Assembly: GCF_036321535.1 (NCBI RefSeq)
Contig: NC_087437.1
Coordinates: forward strand, 4,898,001 to 4,962,000
DNA from: Camelus dromedarius
Lineage: Eukaryota
Direction of reading: 5' to 3'
Length of the DNA: 64,000 bases
The stretch's first letter is position 1. Each line of letters begins with the position of its first letter. Position numbers and translations under genes: made by a program. The notes below the pieces were generated by a model that had not been told where the DNA came from, searched no databases, and worked only from the letters and a program-made list of their open reading frames with translations. Shown here piece after piece: positions 52,690 through 64,000 of the stretch.

Positions 52690-53200
52690 CTAAAATAAAA
52701 CAGCATGTTACACCCAACTGGTTTAAACAATAGAGTCTTACCATAAACAAAGGGAAGTGAAATAAGGTGGCTCCAAGGTGACTGATTCAGTTACTCAATG
52801 CTTCCATGTAGGACATCTGGGCGCCTTCCAGCTTTTCCATCAGACTCAGCATGGCCCTTTGGCTAATTCTCTCCACAGTCACAAGATGACGCCTCCTATA
52901 CGTCAAGGCATCATATCAGACACATACTGTTTGTCCAGCAAAAGGGGAGTTTCCTTCTGCGTCTCCCTTTTTAGGGACAAGGAAGACTTTCTCAGAAGCT
53001 ACCTAAACTGACTTTCCCTGATACGTGACCAGACTTGGCTCACATGTCCCTTCCTAAACAATCACTGCTAGGCAGAGAAGATTACCACGACTGGCTTACA
53101 CTGTTAGGGCTTCTCTAAGTCATGCAGGATGGAGGTGGGACACCGAACAAAACTGGGGGTCGGCAAGGAAGGAAGTGAGTGATGACCAGTGAGTAAGCAA
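52690..53200 (-). mobile_element. Old MaLR-type LTR remnant
   Basis: ccagacttggctcacatgtcccttcctaaacaatcactgctaggcagagaagattaccacgactggctta resembles old MLT1 LTRs. Confidence 0.5.
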
Positions 53201-54549
53201 CCAGCAGTACACTATTTTCTACACAGAAAAATCAAATCTTGGCATTTAATTTCAATAGTTTAATTTTCCCACCATTATGAGTTAATTACAACACATTAGT
53301 ACTGGATGATACTTTGAGGGCTCCAAAGACTTTTTTTTTTTAAGGGAAAAAAAATCAGTCATCAATAATTTATCTTGAGATAAATTTTAGGCAGTCATTT
53401 CATAAATGCTATCGACCCAAGAGAATAGTATACTTCAGAATATGAAACTATAAGATTTCACTTTGATTTTGACCAATTAAAATCAAAGTTTTATGCCAAA
53501 AATGGTTCCTATTAATCTCACTTTTCTCCTCTAGGAAAAGGAAGACTATAATTACTAGACGTGGATGAAGCCACATCCAGAGTAATGAGACCAGAACACA
53601 TGCAACTCCCAGACAATGGTGGGTCTAAAAACCATGTTCTAAGTATCAATGACTCTGAAGGTGTTCTGTCTGAAAAGGAGTCACGGAGAACACGGTAGCT
53701 TTAAACTATCTGAAGTGCTATCACTGTGAAGGGATACCAAATTGCACAGTTCTAGAAATAAGAACTAGGGTCAATGAACAATAACAAGCAGGAAGGGGAA
53801 CTCTGGTTCAATACACGACAGTGCTTTCAATCTGGCATTGTTGTCTGAACAGGGCTGGCTGCTCACAGAGGGCAGGGAGGAACATCCCAGGTCACCCAAC
53901 TACCTACCGTTCCAGGCATTTAAGTTTGTAACAACATGCCTGCAAGATAGTTTTAAATTCCCATTTCAAGATAAATTGTGAGCTGGACAAGTCAAAATTG
54001 GAGTTCACATGGCAAAGAGGTGGAAGAAACTGGATTCTAACCCAGGCCCATCTGTCTCGGAAGCCTGGCTCGTCCCACACATCAAGAACCTAAGCGAAGT
54101 GAAATCAGCAGCTGTTAAGGAAGCCAGCGGGATTTCTGAGCTGCTGAGAGCTGAGTATCATCTGACTTGAAGTCCCTTTCAAAATTAAGATGCCAGAAAT
54201 GGAAAGCAGCCCTCCCTTCCACGGTAGCAGCCCTTCCTAGCTGAAGGACACGCCCCACCTGTCCTGGCACTGGTTCCACCCAGCAGAGCTTTGAGGTAAG
54301 CAGGAGAGGTTTGATCTCTGGGCATTCCACCAGAGAGGGAAAGAGGACAGCGGAGATGGGTTCCTTCTCCCTCCTTCCAGTTCTCCCCCCCAAATATCTG
54401 TATTTTCCATTTTCCCCTCTGATCACTCATTCACTCAGCAGTCACCTACTACACCCTTCTTACACACCAGGAACCTAACCTCAGGATCTCGGCCTTCTCA
54501 TGGGAAGAGCCTGTAGGCACAGAGGGAAAAAGGATGTTTATTCAAGATA

Positions 54550-56400
54550 TTTCCATCTTCTTAACAGACCTGACTCTACCAATTCTGACCCTTTTCTTAT
54601 GTCACTCTGATTTGTCCCTCACTGCTGTCTCTGTCCCTCTTCCTTAGCCTACAGAAAACCTCTCTGCCTCCCTAACAAGCTACCACTCCATCTTCCACTT
54701 GTCTCTCCATACTGGAACCAGATCCCATGCTCAGCCACCACTCAGCTGATACTGCCCTGAGGTCACCAATGATGACCAACTGTAAATCTTCATTTTTCTC
54801 AACTACTCCAAAACACTGGGCACCAGTGATCTTATTAAACTGTCTTCTTGCCATGTCCATAAAAATTTCACCTATTTTTCTAAACCTTCTTTTTTAGTCC
54901 CTGTCATTTGGCTTTCCTTCCACCCCCTATATTTAAACACTGCTTTTCTATTCATCCCACTTTCCCTCCTCCTGGTCTACAATCTCTTCCTGGACAAGCT
55001 CATCTATTTCTATTACATAAACCATCATTTAGGTGAAACTTCCAGGTCTTTATTCCCAGTCCTAAACTCCAGACACAACTTCTGAATGCTCAATGGGCCA
55101 TTTCACCTGCATATTCCATATTCTCTCAGACTTACTGTCAAAATTCAACTTTCCACCTTGAGTCCACTCCCCCAAAGTGTTCGTCTTCTGAAATTCCCAG
55201 GTTGGTTAATAGCAATGACATCACCATGTACATAGTAGCCCTGACACAAGAAGAATTATCTAGAAGCCTTCCCTTACTTTATCTCCCACTTAGTTGCCAA
55301 GTTCTAGGCATTTCACCTAAAATCTTTCTAAACTCTCTTCACCCACAATGACCTGGTTCAGATCCACTTCAGTCCTCACCTGACTTCTCAAAACCACCTC
55401 CTAACTGGTCCCTCCACTCCTGACTCTGCCTTCTCCAGCCCCATCCATCCTTGCAGCAGACATGGGTTCTCTCACAAGAATCCCTGGCTTTAGGGAGTGC
55501 TTCTGGTCCAAAGACCTACAAGGACCCAGGACTGGCCAGAGTATCACCTACTTCTAGCCAATGTTTAGTTCAGGGAGGAACACAGAACCAAAGCCAGACA
55601 GGATCTTCCTCAGGATTTTACTTTCCTGCCTAAGATTTCAGGGAAAATACTCTTTTTCTCTTGGGATTATAAGGAAATGTAAGCTAAACTGCCTGGAGGA
55701 AAGAAGAAAAGGACAGAGCTTTAAAAGGGTGAGGCTGATGGGGACTCCATCACCAAGTCCTGGATGGGGCTCTGCCGGACCATCCCTACTACCTGACCAG
55801 TCAAATTCCTTTTACATTTAAGCCACTTTGAGTTGGGATTTCTGCCATTTGTAACAAAAAATCCGGATTAACAATTCTCTGTATCACCAATCACTTCTCA
55901 CAGATAAAATGTTATCTGTCTGCTTTTAGTCAACTAAACTTTACTGACGCACACAACACTGGAGATACCCACCACTGTCTTGTCTTGCAGTTTCATGAAT
56001 ACAAACGACTTGTTCCAACAGCAAGTCAGTTCATGCAGCTGTGCCACTGCATACGCTGCTCCCGCTGCCTGGAATGCTCCCTCCCCACTGCTTGTCCACA
56101 GAACACACAGCAGGGTTGCAGCAAAGAAGGTGGGAAAATTAGGCAGGGGCCAAACCATGAAGGGCCGTGAAACACCACATTAATGCATATACATTTTAAC
56201 TGCAGAATGATGATGGGGAACCCACTAAAAATGTTTAGGTCAAAAAGTGACATAATCAGATTTGTATCTTAAGTGGCCTCACTGTGGATGTGGTGTGAAG
56301 GATGACCTAAAAATGAGGTGACACTAAAGACAGAGGAAAAACAATATGCTATTGAAACAGTCAAGCCAAAGGCCACAAAGGCTGATAACAGGAATAAATT
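54550..56400. mobile_element. Cluster of L2 remnants interrupted by an old MaLR LTR (about 55480-55875)
   Basis: aaggtcaccaatga-type and cctcctaactggtccctc L2 motifs. tttaagccactttgagttgggatttctgccatttgtaac is an LTR end. Confidence 0.55.
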
Positions 56401-59400
56401 GGGACTTTTCTGGGAAAAGAATTTATCAAAAGCATTGATCAACCTTTCGAAGTTCTTTGACTAGCATTCCTACTTGCAAGAATGGAGACATAAGGAAGTA
56501 ATGTGACATCCATAAAATTTACATATCAAGATTTTACTGAAGCATCACTGATAACAAAGTATTTTTTAAAACCTACATGTTAAACTATAAAATGATTTAA
56601 AATATAGACTATATCATACAATGAACCTGAATGGTATTTAGAAACTTAATTTTTTAAAGCATGAAACAGTGTTAAGTGGAAAACATCACACACACAATGT
56701 GATTCTAATTAAGTTAAATAATGATCAGAATATTTTTTCTTAAAAAGCAACAACAGTAGATTAGTTAGAGCAGTGGCAGGATTATGGATACTTTGTTCTT
56801 TCTTTCGTATGTGCAGATATTTTTTTTTTTCCTGAGTAACATTATTCCTGACTCAGGATTTGCTAAACTCCATCTCTACTTTACATGTAAAGGAAGTCCC
56901 AGTGGGGTTAAATGACAAAAATTCACATCCCAGTAAGTAGTAAGACTTGGTAGCAAAACCTAAATACGGCCTGGGTGGAAGACTCACTGTTAAGAAGCAA
57001 ACCTATGAAGCCAAAGCCCTTCACCTGCACTCTGGGGCACCTGGGCCCTGAAAGCCGACCAAGGCTGTCGAGGCTTGAAGCCCGCCTCTAAATCCACACT
57101 TCACAAGCTGTCAAATAGCTAGCGGGGAGTAGACTCCAAGAAGGGGTCATTTAAATGCTTGTTTTTATAACTTTATTTTTATATAAACAATCTCAGCCAA
57201 GAAATAGTAGTGACAGACTAGACTGGAGAAAAGGGCTCAGAGAAAGGAGTTTGGTGACAATGATGTTCTATAGCCTGTACTTACGTTGCTTTTTAAAATA
57301 CATGAATGCTTTATAGCATGAGATGACTATTTCCTTGACAGAATATCTCTACAACCTTGTCACAATCCCAAATAAGCTCTGCAGACCTAAGCATTCAATT
57401 TATTCAAGCAGGATAATGATCAAAAAGTCATTTGGTAACTAACAAAAGAGAACTGAATATAACATAAGGCGTCAATGAAAGCAGTTTGGTTAGCTACTGA
57501 GTAGGAGAAAAAGACAAAATGATCAATGACAATTTTTAAAGCCTGAATTATGTGAATTTTTTTTAACATTACAAATTAAGAAACTGTGATTTAGATTGCA
57601 TTTAGATTACAGTACCAACCAAAAGTTCAAAACATCTAAGCTGTTTCTAAAGGTGGTGGACTGAAGATTATATTAGAAAATCTGGTCAAGTATAGCTCTT
57701 AACCATTTTGTACACAAGGACTTTTTATCTTTTTTAAAAAACTAAACTGCATATTTGATCACAAACGATGGTTATATTTCACTAGTTTTAATTTGCCTAT
57801 CTATATGACCAACTATATTACTATCTTAATTTCACTGTTCTTTATGAAGAATTTAAAAATGATTCCTTCAGTAAATTTAGAAAATTTGCAGAAACCAATG
57901 CAAAAGCACCATCTAGTGGTGAAAGGTGAAAATTACAACTTATATTGCAATGATACTGCAAAAAATATTTGTATGTGTTTGACTTTACATGCTCTCCATC
58001 ATATATTACCAGGAAAGAAAAATACAAATGGGCTAAGTGATATTGATGGTCTGTGTCTATTATTTGTCACTATTTTCCTAATCAAATCTTAATCTTACTA
58101 TCTTGAGTTTGATATTTTTCCTTTTTCTGACTTGCCCACCCATGGCACAAATACTTGACTGAATTAAGACAGGATTATTTCCAGACTTACTCAAAATCTT
58201 TCCTGAGCCAAAGGTTAGAAAAGTTTATAAAGAACAGAAATAAGGTGTTTTGATGGGTGAATTTCCAGTGGAATTCTATTCAGCAAGGGCCATTCCAGGT
58301 AACAACAAATGAGAGGCAACCTATGTTTTGTTTTTATTAAAGTGATAGTTTGGTAGATAATCCTGAAAGGCCAGGTAAAGAATCATAATTGGTTAATTCA
58401 CATGGAATTCCTAAAGAAAATTGGAATATTTAATGTGGCTGAAATTATTCCAAATTGAAGAACACAACCTAATAATGTTTTCCCAATAGTCTGCTCCCCC
58501 TCTACCAGAAGAGAGATGGATAAAACTTTTCAGCCTTCAATAACAGCTTCCTGATCACCCTCTTCTTTAAAAAAAAAAAAAGTTTAATTTACCTAAAAAC
58601 TGTAACAAAAACCTAACAAGGCTGATTTTTTTGTTGTTTTCAAACAACATCACATTAAGTCTACTTAATATCAAATAGTATGTATCGTAAACTATTTAAC
58701 AAAAAATCTAGTAGGTTGCAGCTTGATAATGAATGGTAAAGAAGCCAATTACTGGGCCAAAGTTTCTTCCTTTCTACACAATCTTTCAGTATGTTTGAAT
58801 TTCAAACAAGACACCTAACAAACCACATCAACAATATCAAACTAGCTTATCTTGGCTTCATGGTGCCTTGAGTCTAAGACCTCCAGATTTTTTTAAACTA
58901 CTTTCACTAAAAACGCAGGAGTCACTCTCCTAACTGAGGTTCCCCGGGGTGACTGGTGGCGAACAATGCTACGGTGTACACCACAAACACACAACATGGA
59001 GAACAAGCCACGAGCAAGGGGGTGCACACAGCTGGAGAAGGACCAAACATCCGGGAACACACTCCTGTTTCAGGAAAAGTAAATCTACTGCAGAACCATT
59101 ATTTTCAGCTATTTAATATTCTCTTCTTCAAGTTACAACACATAGGGATCTTAGATTCTCAAACCCCCTCCCCTGAAAATCTATTTGAGTTATTAAGTAA
59201 GCTGCTACACTAAGTCTTCCATCAAATACAGCGGCCCACCACGTATCAACAAAATGTCTATGATACAGGATTCGGGCTGACACTAAGTAATTATTCACAC
59301 ACATGATGTATAAAAGCAAAGTTTAAATTAGGAGGAGGCATGAACAGCAACAAACTAACAAATGACAAGCGCTGCCTCTACTACTGCAGAGACCACGGGG

Positions 59401-61576
59401 AAGGACCTACCATCATAGGGATTCCCACACTATTTCCTCTGGTGGAAGCAGTAGGGGTACTGTTTCAATTCCCATCTCAGGCCTGTAGCAGAAAACAGAT
59501 ATCAAAAGCAAGAATATGCTGACCCTGGAAATGAAGGGCTATGTTATAAAAATAACTAATACCTTGAATTATCAGATAATATTCAAAAGTCTTAGTAATT
59601 TCTAATTTAGTTTTACCCTACTATCAAGAAAGAAAATTACTAATGTGTAACTAGACAGAGTTTCTATTTTTAAAGGTTTTCTTTATATATAAATGATTTC
59701 TTACTGGATTCTGTGAAGAGACCCAAAAAGTGGGGTTAGAGTCTTACTAGAATTGCTAGCAACAAGATATTCTCATCAATGAAAAAAAATCCAAATACAT
59801 TTTCTAGAACACTTATCAAGCAATTTTATGGGGATGCCTTAATCTAAAAAATTGTCCATAAAGTATGAAATATTCAATCTATGCAATCCCTTACATACTC
59901 AATTTAAAACATACTCATTTTAGAAATCCATAAATTTAAGAAATAACAATAATATCTTCCAAAGATGAACACTGGTTAATTATTTACTATATATGAACTT
60001 AAGAAAAACTTCGTGATAACATATATACTGTTTAGTAACTTGTTTCTCTCCATCTTCCTCCACTGAACAATGTGTACTTTACCCACGCTCTTAACTATTC
60101 CTCTGTAACACTTTCAATGACTATATAACATTACGTTCAAAAGTAGTATCTTACTGTATTTAACCAATTTTCTAAGATTGAACATTTGGGTTGCTTCTCT
60201 TTTTTCCCTCTTACATAACCATTTTTCCAGGCACATATCCCAACAGTTATTTTTAGTGAAATGGCTTGCCTTCAAACAAGTAAAATTAGGCCTAAAGTAT
60301 CCTGGAGCCTTAATTCTCAGGTACAATGACTTACAAAGACCAAATGTCAGAATTAAACTCTCTGTATAAAAGAATACTGTCAACCACATTTCTTATTAGT
60401 CCAAAAGCATCATCAGTTTTAATCACTGCTGTCATGGTGATTACTGCGATGTTCTCATGTGCATGCCCAGTAGGCTAAAAGATGTTACCCACCCTGATGG
60501 AAGGATAGCTGCAGTTCTGAGCATATTAAAATTTGTTACTTCTCCTCTTGTCAAAAAACTCTTTATGAAAAAATTAACCTTGTCAAAAAAATATTCAAGG
60601 GGCATTACTTTTACTATGTCTTCTACCATATTAATGCCACAGACATAGTAATATTATTAGTTTGCCATTTGGTGGCAGCAAACACAAAAGAAAGTAAATT
60701 TCCTGAGTACTTAACATTTTCAATATTATTACCAAGTCAAAGGTAGTCTTCCCTGACTCCCATATTTTAAACAAGGGTTTCAAATGAAAGATGTTGTTTT
60801 ATAGGCATTAAGTTATATTTTCACCTTGTTATATTAATAGTCAGACTCAAAACAGTATCATAAGCAAATTCCTGATTAACAGCCTTCTGTCACTATAGCA
60901 TTTACCAATACAATTTAATTGCCTCAAAAACTATGGGAATCTTTTGATGCTTATCAAGCAACAAGTAATTACAATTATCTTTCATTTGTGCTGATATTCA
61001 TATATCTCATGTAAAAATTACATGCTTTTTTACTCTAAACAAATCCAGCAAGCCTGGCCTCCTATCCCCCATGAATTATTATTCAACAATCATTTGTTAA
61101 TAACTACAAATGTGCTAAGTACAAGGAATACAGCAGTGAACAAGAGTAACTGTTCCTGGCTTCATGAAGCTTACACAAAATCTCTCATACATCCCTTTTC
61201 CCAGACTTGTAAAATGGGGTGGTAAAAGGCCAGCTTGAGCCTAAATATTATACAAAATATATAAAGTACAAAAATATTGCTTCCCTCCATATATAATTTA
61301 CAATTAAAAAAACACTACACAAAAAAATTAGAATAAGGAAATGCAACCTAGTTTTTGCATTATGACTGCCTTAACAGCTTCCTCCTCTTCTTTTGAAATA
61401 TCAACTTATTTCAAAAGGAAAAATGTTTGGTGCACTTAATGTACTATTCTGTTTACTCAACCCTCAAGATGCTAAGGGACTTATATCAAACCAAAAAAAG
61501 TACGAAGATTATCTTTTCACATGAAATTATAACACAGCAAAGTATGTCAAACTTCACGGTAACTTATCTGTAGAAA

Positions 61577-61624
61577 TCACGAGTGAATTCAAACCAAGGA
61601 TCATGAGTGGATTCAAACCAAGGC
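61577..61624 (+). repeat. 24-bp tandem duplication
   Basis: tcacgagtgaattcaaaccaagga / tcatgagtggattcaaaccaaggc. Confidence 0.8.
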
Positions 61625-62339
61625 TAAAGTGTGCACATAATTCCAGATTAATCAGAGTTGAACACATCTGACAGTGTAAACACCCAGTCCCCCACAGCAC
61701 GACATCTCCTCCAGCACAGGGCCACGCTCCACTCACACCAGCACACCCGGCTCCAGGACTCCGCACACCACAGCGATGAACCACTGGTTCTGCATGGACA
61801 TCCCGCAGACGATGTTTGCATCTTGTCAGCAGAAGATAATTTTCACCTTCTTTTGTTTTTCTCTTTTTGTCTCAGGCAGATACAAGATGCCTCAGGTTAA
61901 AAATTAACACCAGCAATTTCACATGGTCCAGTCTAATACCAAGTATTCACAACATGACTTGCGCGGGGAGAGCACCATCTCTTATTCCCCTCAGGTACTC
62001 ATCTTCTAGGAAAGGAGAAAGTACCAAGTACACTGCAAAGCAGTGCAGTAAGTGCTCTGACAGAAGTTCAAGTGCTCTGTGTGTGTGTGGTGGGGGGCGG
62101 TATACACACATGATGCATTAGGAGTCACATGACATACCAGTCAATGAATGATATCACAAGTGGAGGCCACGAGAAATAAAAGTAACTAGGACCCCTTTGC
62201 TAAGTGCGCACCATGCTGAGCTGTATGTGTTTACTGGGAAACTATGGTCAGACCCCTCCCAGAGATAGGAGATGAGTCAGGGCCTGCCCTCACACTCCTG
62301 TCACACTGGAGCGCCCAGTCACTGCAGCAGGATGATAAG

Positions 62340-64000
62340 AAGAAATAAAAAGCATACACTTTGGGGGAAAAAAAAAGAAAGAAAACCGCCTGTATTAGCA
62401 GACAACATGACTGTCTATGCAGAAAGTCCCACAGACATCTCCAAAATAGTTTCCAGAACTAATGAGTAAGTTTAGCAAATTCACAGAACACAACTGTATT
62501 TCTACATACCAACAATGAACTAGAAATAAAATTTTTTCAGGTGGTACCATTTATAATAGCGCCCCCAAAGTTGAAATACTAAGGTGTAATTTAACAAAAT
62601 ATGTGCAAAATCCATATGCTAAAAATTATAAGGTATTGATAAAGGAAACCAAAGGACTAAATAAATGAAGAGAGATGCCACATTCACCCACTGGAAGACT
62701 CATTATTGTTAAGATTTCAATCTTTCCTCATTTAATCTATAGATTCAATGTAATTCCAATCAAAGTCCCAATGGTGTTTGTAGAAATGAATAAACAAGAT
62801 TCAAAAATGAATATGGAAAGGCAGTGAAAAGAGCCAAAACAGGTTTTAAAAAGAATGAAGTTGGAGGAGTCACACTTCTAGAAAGCCACAGTAATCAAAA
62901 CAGTGTGACACCGGACAAAGAGCAGACATACAGATCTGATGGAAGGGAAGAGTCCAGAAACATATCCACACACACGTGGTCAACTGACTTTTGACAAAGG
63001 TGCAAAAGGCAGTTCAACAGAGAAAAAAAATCTTTCCAACAAATGGTCTGAAACCAAAATTCACCATTAACTCAAAATGGATCACAGACCTGAATGTACA
63101 ATCTGAAACTGTAAAATTTCTAGAAGAAAATACAGGAAGAAATCTTTGTGATCTTGTTGAAGGCAAAGATTTCTCAGAGATAATATCAAAAGTACAATCT
63201 AAACAAAGATATATTTTTAAAAAATTCATCAAAGAAAAGAATTTCTGTTCTTTAAAGGACATCACTAAAAGAGTGAAAAATACAGGCCACTCAGACTGAG
63301 AGAAATTAGATATGTGACAAAGGATTTATGCCCAAAATAAAGAACTCCTACAACTCAGTAATAGGAAAATCCAATTTTTTAGATGGGCAAAAGATGTAGA
63401 CAATTTGACACTTCAACAAAGACTATAGACATGAAAATATATGGACATTAATCATTAGAAAACCACAATATAAAATACAATGATATACTATTAGATACCT
63501 ACGAAAATTACTTAAAAAAAAAAAAAACTGACAAAACCAAATGCTAGAGAGGATGAAGAACAAGGGAACACTCTCACACATGACTGGTGGGAATGCAAAA
63601 CTGTATAGCCACTTTGGAAAACAAATGCTTATAGTTGCTCATAGTTATATATATAATTAATGTGGAACCTACACCAACAATCTTACTCCTAGGTATTAAT
63701 CCAGTAAAATAAAAATTTATGCTCAAAAAGAATCTGTAGATGAATGTTTATACTGGCTTTATTTGTAACCTCCAAAACCTGGAAATAATCCAAACATTCC
63801 GCAACTAGAGAATGGATAAATGAAGTGTGGTAAATCCATATAACGGAATACAACTCAGCAATAAAAAAGGAAACAATCAAGAACTGAACATACCAACAAC
63901 ACACACAAATCTTAAATGCATTATGCTAAGCAGAAGGCTGCATCCTGAGCAGTTCCTTCTTACAACATTCTGCAAAAGGCAAAACCTTAAGGACAGAAAA
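62340..64000 (+). mobile_element. Old L1 ORF2 3' region, running off the window end
   Basis: LADNMTVYAESP and INSKWITDLNV motifs followed by L1 3' sequence. Confidence 0.88.

Noticed and set aside
57278..57360. Possible 64-nt exon ending AAC|gtaagt at 57285
   Set aside because: The donor is good but the acceptor context is purine-rich. This is insufficient without transcript data.
58185..58340. Donor-like GA|gtaagt at 58191 on the sense strand
   Set aside because: The nearest candidate acceptor I examined lacks a polypyrimidine tract, and the frame contains stops.
1..64000. CRISPR arrays, operons, rRNA genes or prokaryotic defence systems
   Set aside because: The sequence is mammalian intronic DNA. 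I see no regularly spaced repeat-spacer arrays, long intact ORFs or rRNA-like sequence.

Overview
Mammalian, repeat-rich intronic sequence, very probably from a camelid: it carries tRNA-Ala(AGC)-derived vic-1-type SINEs and matching young L1 3' tails. The window covers the 5' part of ANKRD28 (PP6 ankyrin-repeat regulatory subunit A) on the minus strand. Three coding exons are readable with canonical splice sites and matching phases: an internal first coding exon (38523-38407, MSRVCIVVLEEVEDES...GNVL), an 84-nt exon (37262-37179, PSLVQAIFNG...VNFQ) and a 79-nt exon (9604-9526, DNEKRTPLHAAAYLG...ILS-G). The distal MAFLKLRDQ first exon and the downstream exons are not seen in the window. The rest is intron filled with L1, L2, MIR, MaLR/ERV LTRs, Tigger and hAT fossils. 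Most ORFs in the supplied track are repeat-derived or chance. I cannot support a new biological system here. The most unusual structures are: a 299-bp near-perfect inverted duplication (44774-45072 / 45790-46088) next to a twin-primed L1; a candidate 21-nt stop-containing microexon; a candidate in-frame alternative exon; a SINE-L1 chimera; a short TSD-flanked non-repeat insert; and several template-switch scars. Repeat subfamily names and boundaries come from visual recognition, not from a RepeatMasker run.
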